Assembly (NCBI RefSeq): GCF_050920415.1
Contig: NZ_CP169309.1
Source of the DNA: Escherichia coli
Lineage (GTDB): Bacteria > Pseudomonadota > Gammaproteobacteria > Enterobacterales > Enterobacteriaceae
Strand: one strand, 5' to 3'
Length of the DNA stretch: 64,000 nucleotides
In this document: in pieces, positions 11,331 to 25,047 of the stretch
How the letters are laid out: every line of letters starts with the position of its first letter
How positions within the stretch are numbered: position 1 is the stretch's first letter
Made by a program: the position numbers and the translations under genes
The notes under the pieces: generated by a model
The model's input: only the letters and a program-made list of their open reading frames with translations
Databases searched by the model: none
Told to the model about the DNA's origin: nothing

Positions 11331-12365
11331 ATGAGTAACGCGATTACGATGGGGATATTTTGGCATTTGATCGGCGCGGCCAGTGCAGCCTGTTTTTACG
11401 CGCCGTTCAAAAAAGTAAAAAAATGGTCATGGGAAACCATGTGGTCAGTCGGTGGGATTGTTTCGTGGATTATTCTGCCGTGGGCCATCAGCGCCCTGTT
11501 ACTACCGAATTTCTGGGCGTATTACAGCTCGTTTAGTCTCTCTACACTGCTGCCTGTTTTTCTGTTCGGTGCTATGTGGGGGATCGGTAATATCAACTAC
11601 GGCCTGACCATGCGTTATCTCGGCATGTCGATGGGAATTGGCATCGCCATTGGCATTACGTTGATTGTCGGTACGCTGATGACGCCAATTATCAACGGCA
11701 ATTTCGATGTTCTGATTAATACCGAAGGCGGACGCATGACGTTGCTCGGCGTTCTGGTGGCGCTGATTGGCGTAGGGATTGTAACTCGCGCCGGGCAGTT
11801 GAAAGAGCGCAAGATGGGCATAAAAGCCGAAGAGTTCAACCTGAAAAAAGGGCTGGTGCTGGCGGTGATGTGCGGCATTTTCTCTGCCGGGATGTCCTTT
11901 GCGATGAACGCCGCAAAACCGATGCATGAAGCCGCTGCCGCACTAGGCGTCGATCCACTGTATGTCGCTCTGCCAAGCTATGTTGTCATCATGGGCGGTG
12001 GCGCAATTATCAACCTCGGTTTCTGTTTTATTCGTCTGGCAAAAGTGAAAGATTTGTCGCTAAAAGCCGACTTTTCACTGGCAAAACCGCTGATCATTCA
12101 CAACGTGTTACTCTCGGCACTGGGCGGTTTGATGTGGTATCTGCAATTCTTTTTCTATGCCTGGGGCCACGCCCGCATTCCGGCGCAGTATGACTACATC
12201 AGCTGGATGCTGCATATGAGCTTCTATGTATTGTGCGGCGGTATAGTTGGGCTGGTGCTGAAAGAGTGGAACAATGCAGGTCGCCGTCCGGTAACGGTGT
12301 TGAGCCTCGGTTGTGTGGTGATTATTGTCGCCGCCAACATCGTCGGCATGGGCATGGCGAATTAA
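11331..12365 (+). CDS. rhaT: L-rhamnose:H+ symporter
   Basis: 344-aa polytopic membrane protein next to rhaR and sodA. Confidence 0.94.
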   Translation: MSNAITMGIFWHLIGAASAACFYAPFKKVKKWSWETMWSVGGIVSWIILPWAISALLLPNFWAYYSSFSLSTLLPVFLFGAMWGIGNINYGLTMRYLGMSMGIGIAIGITLIVGTLMTPIINGNFDVLINTEGGRMTLLGVLVALIGVGIVTRAGQLKERKMGIKAEEFNLKKGLVLAVMCGIFSAGMSFAMNAAKPMHEAAAALGVDPLYVALPSYVVIMGGGAIINLGFCFIRLAKVKDLSLKADFSLAKPLIIHNVLLSALGGLMWYLQFFFYAWGHARIPAQYDYISWMLHMSFYVLCGGIVGLVLKEWNNAGRRPVTVLSLGCVVIIVAANIVGMGMAN

Positions 12366-13300
12366 TCTTTCTGCGAATTGAGATGACGCCACTGGCTGGG
12401 CGTCATCCCGGTTTCCCGGGTAAACACCACCGAAAAATAGTTACTATCTTCAAAGCCACATTCGGTTGAAATATCACTGATTAACAGGCGGCTATGCTGG
12501 AGAAGATATTGCGCATGACACACTCTGACCTGCCGCAGATATTGATTGATGGTCATTCCAGTCTGCTGGCGAAATTGCTGACGCAAAACGCGCTCACTGC
12601 ACGATGCCTCATCACAAAATTCATCCAGCGCAAAGGGACTTTTCAGGCTGGCCGCCAGCCGGGTAATCAGCTTATCCAGCAACGTTTCGCTGGATGTTGG
12701 CGGCAACGAATCACTGGTGTAACGATGGCGATTCAGCAACATCACCAACTGCCCGAACAGCAACTCTGCCATTTCGTTAGCAAACGGCACATGCTGACTA
12801 CTTTCATGCTCAAGCTGACCGATAACCTGCCGCGCCTGTGCCATCCCCATGCTACCTAAGCGCCAGTGTGGTTGCCCTGCGCTGGCGCTAAATCCCGGAA
12901 TCGCCCCCTGCCAGTCAAGATTCAGCTTCAGCCGCTCCGGGCAATAAATAATATTCTGCAAAACCAGATCGTTAACGGAAGCGTAGGAGTGTTTATCGTC
13001 AGCATGAATGTAAAAGAGATCGCCACGGGTAATGCGATAAGGGCGATCGTTGAGTACATGCAGACCATTACCGCGCCAGACAATTACCAGCTCACAAAAA
13101 TCATGTGTATGTTCAGCAAAGACATCTTGCGGATAACGGTCAGCCACAGCGACTGCCTGCTGGTCGCTGGCAAAAAAATCATCTTTGAGAAGTTTTAACT
13201 GATGCGCCACCGTGGCTACCTCGGCCAGAGAACGAAGTTGATTATTCGCAATATGGCGAACAAATACGTTGAGAAGATTCGCGTTATTGCAGAAAGCCAT
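12362..13300 (-). CDS. rhaR: AraC-family activator of rhaSR
   Basis: Cupin plus C-terminal AraC helix-turn-helix. Start set at [10 protein letters not shown]... (312 aa); a later start is possible. The ORF track extends it upstream into rhaS. Confidence 0.85.
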   Translation of the reverse strand: MAFCNNANLLNVFVRHIANNQLRSLAEVATVAHQLKLLKDDFFASDQQAVAVADRYPQDVFAEHTHDFCELVIVWRGNGLHVLNDRPYRITRGDLFYIHADDKHSYASVNDLVLQNIIYCPERLKLNLDWQGAIPGFSASAGQPHWRLGSMGMAQARQVIGQLEHESSQHVPFANEMAELLFGQLVMLLNRHRYTSDSLPPTSSETLLDKLITRLAASLKSPFALDEFCDEASCSERVLRQQFRQQTGMTINQYLRQVRVCHAQYLLQHSRLLISDISTECGFEDSNYFSVVFTRETGMTPSQWRHLNSQKD

Positions 13301-14120
13301 CCCGTCCCTGGCGAATATCACGCGGTGACCAGTTAAACTCTCGGCGAAAAAGCGTCGAAAAGTGGTTACTGTCACTAAATCCGCAGCGATAGGCGATGTC
13401 TGTAACGCTGGCCTCGCTGTGGCGTAGCAGATGTCGGGCTTTCATCAGTCGCAGGCGGTTCAGGTAACGCTGAGGCGTCAGTCCCGTTTTCTGCTTAAGC
13501 TGCCGATGTAGCGTACGCAGCGAAAGAGAAAATTGATCCGCCACGGCATCCCAATTTACCTCATCGGCAAAATGGTCCTCCAGCCAGGCCAGAAGCAAGT
13601 TGAGACGTGATGCGCTGTTTTCCAGGTTCTCCTGCAAACTGCTTTTACGCAGCAAGAGCAGTAATTGCATAAACAAGATCTCGCGACTGGCGGTCGAGGG
13701 TAAATCATTTTCCCCTTCCTGCTGTTCCATCTGTGCAACCAGCTGTCGCACCTGCTGCAACACGCTGTGGTTAACGCGCCAGTGAGACGGATACTGCCCA
13801 TCCTGCTCTTGTGGCAGCAACTGATTCAGCCCGGCGAGAAACTGAAATCGATCCGGCGAGCGATACAGTACATTGGTCAGACACAGATTATCGGTATGTT
13901 CATACAGATGCCGATCATGATCGCGTACGAAACAGACAGTCCCACCGGTGATGGTATAGGGCTGCCCATTAAACACATGAATACCCGTGCCATGTTCGAC
14001 AATCACAATTTCATGAAAATCATGATGATGTTCAGGAAAATCCGCCTGCGGGAGCCGGGGTTCTATCGCCACGGACGCGTTACCAGACGGAAAAAAATCC
14101 ACACTATGTAATACGGTCAT
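13284..14120 (-). CDS. rhaS: AraC-family activator of rhaBAD and rhaT
   Basis: 278 aa, [14 protein letters not shown]..., AraC helix-turn-helix C-terminus. Confidence 0.93.
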   Translation of the reverse strand: MTVLHSVDFFPSGNASVAIEPRLPQADFPEHHHDFHEIVIVEHGTGIHVFNGQPYTITGGTVCFVRDHDRHLYEHTDNLCLTNVLYRSPDRFQFLAGLNQLLPQEQDGQYPSHWRVNHSVLQQVRQLVAQMEQQEGENDLPSTASREILFMQLLLLLRKSSLQENLENSASRLNLLLAWLEDHFADEVNWDAVADQFSLSLRTLHRQLKQKTGLTPQRYLNRLRLMKARHLLRHSEASVTDIAYRCGFSDSNHFSTLFRREFNWSPRDIRQGRDGFLQ

Positions 14121-17133
<3,013 letters not shown>

Positions 17134-17136
17134 ACA

Positions 17137-17185
17137 CTGCCGGATGCGGCGCGAGCGCCTTATCCGGCCTACGGGTCGTGCATCC
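17137..17185. repeat. REP element between rhaA and rhaD
   Basis: GCCGGATGCGGCGCGAGCGCCTTATCCGGCCTAC-type palindrome. Confidence 0.75.
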
Positions 17186-17215
17186 GACAACACCGAATTT
17201 ACAGGAACACAGAAC

Positions 17216-18040
17216 ATGCAAAACATTACCCAGTCCTGGTTTGCCCAGGGAATGATCAAAGCCACCACCGACGCCTGGCTGAAAGGCTGGGACGAGCGCA
17301 ATGGTGGTAACCTGACGCTGCGCCTGGATGACGCCGATATCGCGCCTTATCACGACAACTTTCATGCACAACCGCGCTATATCCCGCTCAGCCAGCCCAT
17401 GCCTTTACTGGCAAATACACCGTTTATTGTCACCGGCTCCGGCAAATTCTTTCGTAACGTCCAGCTTGATCCTGCGGCTAACTTAGGCGTCGTAAAAGTC
17501 GACAGCGACGGCGCGGGCTACCACATTCTCTGGGGGCTAACTCACGAAGCCGTTCCAACCTCTGAACTTCCGGCTCACTTCCTTTCCCACTGCGAGCGCA
17601 TTAAAGCCACCAACGGTAAAGATCGGGTGATCATGCACTGCCACGCCACCAACCTGATCGCCCTTACCTACGTACTGGAAAACGACACCGCGCTCTTCAC
17701 TCGCCAGCTTTGGGAAGGCAGCACCGAGTGTCTGGTAGTGTTCCCGGATGGCGTCGGCATTTTGCCGTGGATGGTGCCCGGCACGGACGAAATCGGCCAG
17801 GCGACCGCACAGGAAATGCAAAAACATTCGCTGGTGTTGTGGCCCTTCCACGGCGTCTTCGGCAGCGGTCCGACACTGGATGAAACATTCGGTTTAATCG
17901 ACACCGCAGAAAAATCAGCACAAGTATTAGTGAAGGTTTATTCGATGGGCGGCATGAAACAGACCATCAGTCGTGAAGAGCTGATAGCACTCGGCCAGCG
18001 TTTCGGCGTTACACCACTAGCCAGTGCGCTGGCGCTGTAA
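17216..18040 (+). CDS. rhaD: Rhamnulose-1-phosphate aldolase
   Basis: Start trimmed to [25 protein letters not shown]..., giving 274 aa. Confidence 0.95.
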   Translation: MQNITQSWFAQGMIKATTDAWLKGWDERNGGNLTLRLDDADIAPYHDNFHAQPRYIPLSQPMPLLANTPFIVTGSGKFFRNVQLDPAANLGVVKVDSDGAGYHILWGLTHEAVPTSELPAHFLSHCERIKATNGKDRVIMHCHATNLIALTYVLENDTALFTRQLWEGSTECLVVFPDGVGILPWMVPGTDEIGQATAQEMQKHSLVLWPFHGVFGSGPTLDETFGLIDTAEKSAQVLVKVYSMGGMKQTISREELIALGQRFGVTPLASALAL

Positions 18041-18049
18041 GGAGCAAAC

Positions 18050-18364
18050 ATGATCCGCAAAGCCTTTGTCATGCAGGTTAACCCCGACGCCCACGAAGAG
18101 TATCAGCGTCGGCATAATCCAATCTGGCCGGAACTGGAAGCAGTGTTGAAATCTCACGGTGCGCATAACTACGCCATTTACCTCGACAAAGCGCGTAATC
18201 TGCTGTTTGCCACGGTAGAGATTGAATCTGAAGAACGGTGGAATGCGGTAGCCAGTACTGATGTTTGCCAACGTTGGTGGAAGTATATGACCGACGTTAT
18301 GCCAGCTAACCCGGATAACAGCCCAGTCAGTAGCGAGCTGCAAGAAGTGTTTTACCTGCCTTAA
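18050..18364 (+). CDS. rhaM: L-rhamnose mutarotase
   Basis: 104 aa, [22 protein letters not shown]... Confidence 0.9.
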
Positions 18365-18370
18365 TGAGTT

Positions 18371-18397
18371 GCGGTGCCGGAAAATATCCAGCACCGC
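18371..18397. terminator. Hairpin shared by convergent rhaM and the porin-like gene
   Basis: GCGGTGC-13 nt-GCACCGC inverted repeat between the two stop codons. No clear U-run. Confidence 0.4.
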
Positions 18398-18404
18398 GCC
18401 TTCA

Positions 18405-19799
18405 TCAGAAGAAGTATTTAAAGCGAACGCGTGCGCCGTAACGGTCATCAGTATCATCACCGTGTTTTTTATCACCGTCGCTATCCAGAATGGAGTAATA
18501 AGTACCAAGGTAAATATTAAAGTTCTCCATATCCATCACATTAGCGAACTGATAAGACGCATGAATGGTGTGAATGGTGTACGTCCCTTCATCATCAATC
18601 CAGCAGTCGTTATCACAAACTACACCGCTGAATTCATCAATCTTATTGTGCGCGTAGATATAACCCAGCTCGAAACGTTTCCACAGCGCGTTAATCCCGG
18701 CAGTGAAATCTTTTTCATTATTAGCATCTAAATAGGCGGTATTAAGATTAACCACGACGCCATTTTCCGGATCCGTTTTCAGGCCATTCCAGGTCATGCT
18801 CATACCATAGCCGGTACGATCGGACTGATCGACAAAATTACCCTTGCTATCGGTATAACCATAAGCATTATTTACTACGTTCGCTTCCATCGCTGCGGAA
18901 ACGGTGAATTCTTCCGTCGGCGACCAGGCAATTACCGGACGCAGATAAGCAACATTTTTCTGCTGCTCCATATCGCGTCCATGATAATTACCGTCATTAT
19001 ATAAAGATGTTCCGTCTTCAAGTAACGTGTTTAATTCAAAATACCAGTTATCGAGTTGTTTGCTGACGAGGAAATTACCGCCAGCGTTAGAGCGCCCGCG
19101 GCCCTCTTTCATCATATAGATATAACCGCTGCCATCGTCATAAAGATCGTTCGCAGTATTACCGGAATGTTCAACAAAGGTATCCTGATTCAGCGGGAAC
19201 ATATCGTAGGCTTCAAAACGGCCTACTTTGACCTTCCAGTCGTTTTCTTTGCCAAAGAAGAATACCGCATCATCGATATTTACTGAACCGTGCATATCCC
19301 CCAGCGGTTGTGCGGAGAACCCGGCGAAATAACCATTATCCAGTTTTCGCATACCATCAAAACCTAACAGAATACGACCATTGAGATTCCACTGTTCATT
19401 AGTGGGATCACTATTCACATCAGCGTTGGTCATTGCCAGCAGGCCATGATTACTTTCTGCATCCATATTAAATTCTACGTCGCCGTAGATTTTTAAATCG
19501 CCATAACCTGAGAGCAAAAGATTAGGTGAGGTGGAATTTTTCTTTGCAGATTCCGCCGTTGTCTGTCCATTTACCGGCGTATTGCCCTGGGCAGCCTTAA
19601 TTTCGCGGATCTCAGCGGCTTGTTGTGTCTGCAGCTGTTTTACCTGCCCCTCTGCTTTTGCTGCCCGCATTTCTGCCGCTTCCAGGCGTTCTTCCAGCAA
19701 TGCCATGCGTTGTTCCAGCGTTAAATGCTGTGTTTTTGCCATTCCGGTACTACATGCCAATAATAAACCGATGGCTAAAGATAATGTCGATTTTTTCAT
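18405..19799 (-). CDS. Outer-membrane porin-like protein with an N-terminal coiled coil (ScrY/BglH 'sugar-porin N' type); substrate unknown
   Basis: 464 aa. Signal peptide MKKSTLSLAIGLLLACSTGMA, then ~50 aa heptad-like LEQRMALLEERLEAAEMRAAKAEGQVKQLQ, then a Gly/Tyr/Asn/Asp-rich region with alternating hydrophobic residues and a C-terminal ...RFKYFF. Lower GC than neighbours. Confidence 0.6.
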   Translation of the reverse strand: MKKSTLSLAIGLLLACSTGMAKTQHLTLEQRMALLEERLEAAEMRAAKAEGQVKQLQTQQAAEIREIKAAQGNTPVNGQTTAESAKKNSTSPNLLLSGYGDLKIYGDVEFNMDAESNHGLLAMTNADVNSDPTNEQWNLNGRILLGFDGMRKLDNGYFAGFSAQPLGDMHGSVNIDDAVFFFGKENDWKVKVGRFEAYDMFPLNQDTFVEHSGNTANDLYDDGSGYIYMMKEGRGRSNAGGNFLVSKQLDNWYFELNTLLEDGTSLYNDGNYHGRDMEQQKNVAYLRPVIAWSPTEEFTVSAAMEANVVNNAYGYTDSKGNFVDQSDRTGYGMSMTWNGLKTDPENGVVVNLNTAYLDANNEKDFTAGINALWKRFELGYIYAHNKIDEFSGVVCDNDCWIDDEGTYTIHTIHASYQFANVMDMENFNIYLGTYYSILDSDGDKKHGDDTDDRYGARVRFKYFF

Positions 19800-20275
19800 T
19801 ATTTACGTTCCCTGAAATAAAAGAGACCCTACGCTTTCCAAAAGGAATACGTATATAGAGAAATATAAGGTGTGCACTTTCGATTTTTTAATCCAACTTC
19901 AGCAGGCCGATGGATAGTATCCCGCTGCATAATATGAGTAAATCCGCTGATTTCCTGGAACGTGAGGAATATAACAATAGTGCCGTTTTTAACTAAATAT
20001 CGTAAAAAATATTAGATATAATTCACGCTGACTCATAAACCACAAATATAAATAACCTTGCTGCAAAATATGTGCGGCAGTTAAACATTCACAACATCAT
20101 TAAATAATGATTTTTTATTCACTGCATTTATTTTTCCCATCAATATGTGCCTTACACCGCAAAATTTATCCTTCACTCTGCCTTATATTGTCACGACTTC
20201 ACGACATATCCGCGCTCATCACAAAACCGCCCCGCCGTTACAATTAACTATAATATTTTTTCATGGAGTCCAATA

Positions 20276-20722
20276 ATGGCAGCACTTACTGCAAGCTGTA
20301 TTGACCTGAATATTCAGGGCAATGGCACTTATTCCGTTCTGAAGCAGTTAGCGACAATAGCGTTACAAAACGGTTTTATCACCGACTCACATCAATTCCT
20401 GCAAACCCTGCTGCTGCGCGAAAAAATGCACTCCACGGGATTTGGTTCCGGTGTCGCCGTGCCGCACGGTAAAAGCGCCTGTGTTAAACAACCGTTCGTA
20501 TTATTCGCTCGCAAAGCGCAGGCCATTGACTGGAAAGCCAGCGATGGCGAAGACGTCAATTGCTGGATCTGCCTCGGCGTGCCGCAAAGTGGCGAAGAGG
20601 ATCAGGTCAAAATCATCGGCACACTGTGTCGCAAAATTATCCACCAGGATTTTATCAACCAACTGCGACAAGGCGACGCCGTCCAGGTGCTTGCTTTGTT
20701 AAATCAAACCCTCAGCTCATAA
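20276..20722 (+). CDS. frvA: PTS fructose-like IIA component
   Basis: Start at MAALTASCIDLNIQGNG... with GGAG Shine-Dalgarno; 148 aa. The ORF-track upstream extension is rejected. Confidence 0.85.
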   Translation: MAALTASCIDLNIQGNGTYSVLKQLATIALQNGFITDSHQFLQTLLLREKMHSTGFGSGVAVPHGKSACVKQPFVLFARKAQAIDWKASDGEDVNCWICLGVPQSGEEDQVKIIGTLCRKIIHQDFINQLRQGDAVQVLALLNQTLSS

Positions 20723-20726
20723 GGAA

Positions 20727-22184
20727 GTGGCGATGGAGTCATCCTTACGTATTGTCGCGATCACCAACTGCCCCGCCGGGATCGCTCACACCTACATGGT
20801 GGCGGAAGCCCTGGAACAGAAAGCCCGTTCTCTCGGCCATACCATTAAAGTGGAAACTCAAGGGTCAAGCGGCGTTGAAAACCGCTTATCCTGCGAAGAG
20901 ATTGCCGCTGCCGATTATGTCATTCTCGCTACCGGGCGTGGCCTGAGCGGTGACGATCGCGCGCGGTTTGCCGGGAAAAAGGTGTATGAGATTGCCATCT
21001 CTCAGGCACTGAAAAATATCGACCATATTTTCAGTGAATTGCCGACAAACTCACAACTTTTTGCCGCAGATAGCGGCGTGAAGCTCGGCAAACAGGAAGT
21101 GCAAAGTGGCAGCGTAATGAGCCATCTGATGGCGGGCGTCTCTGCGGCGCTGCCGTTTGTCATCGGTGGCGGTATCCTGGTGGCGCTTGCCAACATGCTG
21201 GTGCAGTTCGGTTTGCCGTATACCGATATGTCGAAAGGTGCGCCGTCGTTTACCTGGGTGGTTGAATCCATCGGTTATCTCGGTTTCACCTTTATGATCC
21301 CCATCATGGGCGCTTATATTGCCTCGTCGATAGCCGATAAACCCGCTTTCGCTCCGGCGTTTCTGGTTTGCTATCTGGCGAACGACAAAGCCCTGCTCGG
21401 CACCCAGTCTGGCGCGGGCTTCCTCGGTGCGGTGGTGCTGGGGCTGGCGATTGGCTATTTCGTCTTCTGGTTCCGTAAAGTCCGTCTCGGCAAAGCGTTA
21501 CAACCGCTGCTCGGTTCCATGCTTATCCCGTTCGTTACTCTGCTGGTTTTTGGCGTACTGACTTACTACGTTATCGGACCGGTGATGTCCGATCTCATGG
21601 GCGGGCTGCTGCACTTCCTGAACACCATCCCTCCATCAATGAAGTTTGCGGCGGCGTTTCTGGTCGGTGCGATGCTGGCGTTCGATATGGGCGGCCCCAT
21701 CAACAAAACCGCCTGGTTCTTCTGCTTCTCACTGCTGGAAAAACACATTTACGACTGGTACGCCATCGTCGGCGTTGTCGCGCTAATGCCGCCTGTCGCG
21801 GCGGGTCTTGCGACGTTCATTGCGCCCAAACTGTTTACTCAACAGGAAAAAGAAGCCGCCAGTAGTGCCATTGTGGTCGGTGCCACAGTCGCAACCGAAC
21901 CGGCTATTCCTTACGCTCTGGCCGCTCCGTTACCGATGATTACCGCCAACACGCTGGCGGGCGGTATTACCGGCGTGCTGGTGATCACTTTCGGAATCAA
22001 ACGGCTGGCACCGGGTTTGGGTATCTTTGACCCGCTGATCGGCCTGATGTCGCCGGTAGGTTCATTTTATCTGGTGCTGGCGATTGGCCTCGCGCTGAAC
22101 ATTTCATTCATTATCGTCCTGAAAGGATTATGGTTACGCCGCAAAGCCAAAGCTGCGCAACAGGAGCTTGTCCATGAACATTGA
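20727..22184 (+). CDS. frvB: PTS fructose-like IIBC component
   Basis: 485 aa, N-terminal IIB (VAITNCPAGIAHTYM) and polytopic IIC. Confidence 0.9.
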   Translation: MAMESSLRIVAITNCPAGIAHTYMVAEALEQKARSLGHTIKVETQGSSGVENRLSCEEIAAADYVILATGRGLSGDDRARFAGKKVYEIAISQALKNIDHIFSELPTNSQLFAADSGVKLGKQEVQSGSVMSHLMAGVSAALPFVIGGGILVALANMLVQFGLPYTDMSKGAPSFTWVVESIGYLGFTFMIPIMGAYIASSIADKPAFAPAFLVCYLANDKALLGTQSGAGFLGAVVLGLAIGYFVFWFRKVRLGKALQPLLGSMLIPFVTLLVFGVLTYYVIGPVMSDLMGGLLHFLNTIPPSMKFAAAFLVGAMLAFDMGGPINKTAWFFCFSLLEKHIYDWYAIVGVVALMPPVAAGLATFIAPKLFTQQEKEAASSAIVVGATVATEPAIPYALAAPLPMITANTLAGGITGVLVITFGIKRLAPGLGIFDPLIGLMSPVGSFYLVLAIGLALNISFIIVLKGLWLRRKAKAAQQELVHEH

Positions 22185-23244
22185 GTTACTGCAACAGTTG
22201 TGCGAAGCCAGCGCCGTCAGCGGCGATGAACAGGAAGTTCGCGACATTCTGATGAACACGCTGGAACCCTGCGTGAATGAGATCACCTTCGATGGTCTGG
22301 GCAGCTTTGTTGCCCGTAAGGGGAATAAAGGGCCGAAAGTTGCCGTTGTCGGGCATATGGATGAAGTCGGCTTTATGGTCACCCACATCGACGAGAGCGG
22401 TTTTCTGCGTTTTACCACCATTGGCGGCTGGTGGAATCAGTCGATGCTCAACCACCGGGTAACCATACGCACACACAAGGGAGTGAAAATCCCTGGTGTA
22501 ATTGGCTCCGTCGCGCCACATGCGTTAACCGAAAAGCAAAAGCAACAACCGCTGTCATTTGATGAGATGTTCATTGATATTGGCGCAAACAGTCGCGAAG
22601 AAGCGGAAAAACGTGGCGTGGAAATTGGCGATTTTATTAGCCCGGAAGCCAATTTTGCCTGCTGGGGCGAAGATAAAGTGGTCGGCAAGGCGTTGGATAA
22701 CCGCATCGGCTGCGCAATGATGGCTGAGCTATTGCAGACGGTGAATAACCCCGAAATTACGCTGTATGGCGTTGGCAGTGTGGAAGAAGAAGTTGGGCTA
22801 CGCGGGGCGCAAACCTCGGCTGAACACATTAAACCGGATGTGGTGATCGTGCTGGATACCGCTGTCGCGGGCGATGTTCCAGGCATTGATAACATTAAAT
22901 ATCCGCTGAAACTGGGCAACGGGCCGGGGCTGATGCTGTTTGACAAGCGCTACTTCCCCAACCAGAAACTGGTAGCAGCGTTAAAAAGCTGTGCCACGCA
23001 GAATGATTTACCGCTGCAATTTTCCACTATGAAAACCGGTGCGACGGATGGCGGGCGCTACAACGTGATGGGCGGCGGGCGTCCGGTTGTCGCGCTGTGC
23101 CTGCCAACGCGTTATCTGCACGCCAATAGCGGTATGATTTCAAAAGCCGATTACGATGCTCTGCTCACGTTGATAAGGGATTTTCTGACCACTTTAACCG
23201 CGGAGAAAGTCAACGCGTTTAGCCAGTTCCGTCAGGTGGATTAA
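22168..23244 (+). CDS. frvX: M42-family aminopeptidase / cellulase-like protein
   Basis: 358 aa, overlaps frvB 3' end; GHMDEVGF motif. Confidence 0.88.
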   Translation: MSMNIELLQQLCEASAVSGDEQEVRDILMNTLEPCVNEITFDGLGSFVARKGNKGPKVAVVGHMDEVGFMVTHIDESGFLRFTTIGGWWNQSMLNHRVTIRTHKGVKIPGVIGSVAPHALTEKQKQQPLSFDEMFIDIGANSREEAEKRGVEIGDFISPEANFACWGEDKVVGKALDNRIGCAMMAELLQTVNNPEITLYGVGSVEEEVGLRGAQTSAEHIKPDVVIVLDTAVAGDVPGIDNIKYPLKLGNGPGLMLFDKRYFPNQKLVAALKSCATQNDLPLQFSTMKTGATDGGRYNVMGGGRPVVALCLPTRYLHANSGMISKADYDALLTLIRDFLTTLTAEKVNAFSQFRQVD

Positions 23245-24992
23245 TGCTAAACGAACGCCAGTTAAAGATTGTCGATCTGCTGGAGCAACAGCCACGCACG
23301 CCTGGCGAGCTGGCGCAACAGACTGGCGTTTCTGGCAGGACCATCCTGCGTGATATTGACTATCTCAACTTTACCCTTAACGGCAAAGCCCGCATTTCCG
23401 CCAGTGGCAACGCGGGCTATCAGCTGGAAATCTTCGAGCGCCGCAGCTTTTTTCAGTTGCTGCAAAAGCACGATAACGACGATCGGCTGCTGGCGCTGTT
23501 ATTACTGAATACCTTTACTCCCCGTGCGCAACTCGCCTCGGCGCTTAATTTGCCAGAAACGTGGGTAGCAGAGCGCCTGCCCCGCCTGAAACAGCGCTAT
23601 GAACGCGGTTTTTGTCTCGCTAGTCGCCCTGGTTTGGGCCATTTCATTGATGAGACAGAAGAGAAACGCATTATTTTGCTGGCGAATCTTTTACGCAAAG
23701 ATCCGTTTTTAATTCCGCTGTCGGGAGTAACACGAGACAATTTTCAACAATTAACCACCGCCTGCGAAAAGCAACGTCGCTGGCCGCTGATGCAAGGCGA
23801 CTATCTCTCAAGCCTGATTCTGGCTATTTACGCGTTGCGTAATCAGCTTACTGACACATGGCCTGAATATCCCGGTAGCGAGATAAAACAGATTGTTGAA
23901 TATAGCGGCCTGTTTCTTGGTGATAACGCTGTAAGAACGTTGACGGGGTTGATAGAAAAACAGCATCAACAGGCGCAGGTTATTTGTGTCGATAATGTGC
24001 TGGCATTGCTGCAAAGGGTGCCGGGCATTGCGTCATTGAATATTATTGATACGCAACTGGTTGAGAATATTACCGGGCATTTATTACGTTGCCTTGCCGC
24101 GCCGGTGTGGATTGGAGAGCACCGCCAAAGCAGCATGAATAACCTGAAAGCCGCCTGGCCTGCGGCCTTTGATATGAGTCTGCACTTTATTACGCTACTG
24201 CGTGAACAACTCGATATTCCCCTTTTCGACAGCGATCTGATTGGTTTGTATTTTGCCTGTGCGCTGGAACGGCATCAAAACGAACGCCAGCCGATCATTT
24301 TGCTCTCTGATCAGAACGCGATTGCCACTATTAATCAGCTCGCCATTGAGCGCGATGTCCTGAATTGTCGGGTGATTATTGCCCGCAGCGTAAGCGAACT
24401 GGTTGCCATTCGCGAAGAGATTGAGCCGTTATTGATCATTAATAACAGCCATTATTTACTGGATGACGCGGTCAATAATTGCATCATCGTAAAAAATATC
24501 ATTACGGCTGCCGGTATCGAACAAATAAAACATTTTCTGGCGACGGCATTTATTCGCCAGCAACCGGAGCGTTTTTTTTCTGCCCCCGGAAGTTTTCATT
24601 ATTCGAATGTACGTGGTGAAAGCTGGCAACATATTACCCGGCAAATATGTGCGCAATTAGTGACGCAACACCACATTACCGCCGATGAAGCACAACGGAT
24701 CATCGCCCGCGAAAGCGAAGGCGAAAACCTGATTGTTAATCGTCTCGCCATCCCACATTGCTGGAGCGAACAGGAACGACGTTTTCGTGGATTTTTTATT
24801 ACCCTCGCCCAACCGGTTGAGGTGAATAACGAAGTCATTAACCATGTGCTGATCGCCTGTGCCGCCGCCGATGCGCGTCATGAGCTAAAAATATTTAGCT
24901 ATCTTGCCAGCGTATTGTGCCAGCATCCGGCAGAGGTTATTGCCGGGTTAACAGGATATGAGGCATTTATGGAGTTACTTCACAAGGGGTGA
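23244..24992 (+). CDS. frvR: frv operon regulator (helix-turn-helix plus PRD/PTS-regulation-like domains)
   Basis: 582 aa, adjacent to frvX. Confidence 0.82.
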   Translation: MLNERQLKIVDLLEQQPRTPGELAQQTGVSGRTILRDIDYLNFTLNGKARISASGNAGYQLEIFERRSFFQLLQKHDNDDRLLALLLLNTFTPRAQLASALNLPETWVAERLPRLKQRYERGFCLASRPGLGHFIDETEEKRIILLANLLRKDPFLIPLSGVTRDNFQQLTTACEKQRRWPLMQGDYLSSLILAIYALRNQLTDTWPEYPGSEIKQIVEYSGLFLGDNAVRTLTGLIEKQHQQAQVICVDNVLALLQRVPGIASLNIIDTQLVENITGHLLRCLAAPVWIGEHRQSSMNNLKAAWPAAFDMSLHFITLLREQLDIPLFDSDLIGLYFACALERHQNERQPIILLSDQNAIATINQLAIERDVLNCRVIIARSVSELVAIREEIEPLLIINNSHYLLDDAVNNCIIVKNIITAAGIEQIKHFLATAFIRQQPERFFSAPGSFHYSNVRGESWQHITRQICAQLVTQHHITADEAQRIIARESEGENLIVNRLAIPHCWSEQERRFRGFFITLAQPVEVNNEVINHVLIACAAADARHELKIFSYLASVLCQHPAEVIAGLTGYEAFMELLHKG

Positions 24993-24995
24993 ACT

Positions 24996-25020
24996 GTGTC
25001 GGATGCGCCGCATCCGACAC
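24996..25020. terminator. Palindrome (REP-like) between convergent frvR and yiiG
   Basis: GTGTCGGATGCG-c-CGCATCCGACAC, a 12-bp perfect inverted repeat. Confidence 0.5.
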
Positions 25021-25047
25021 TGCATTTATCACCAAAATCAAAAACAT

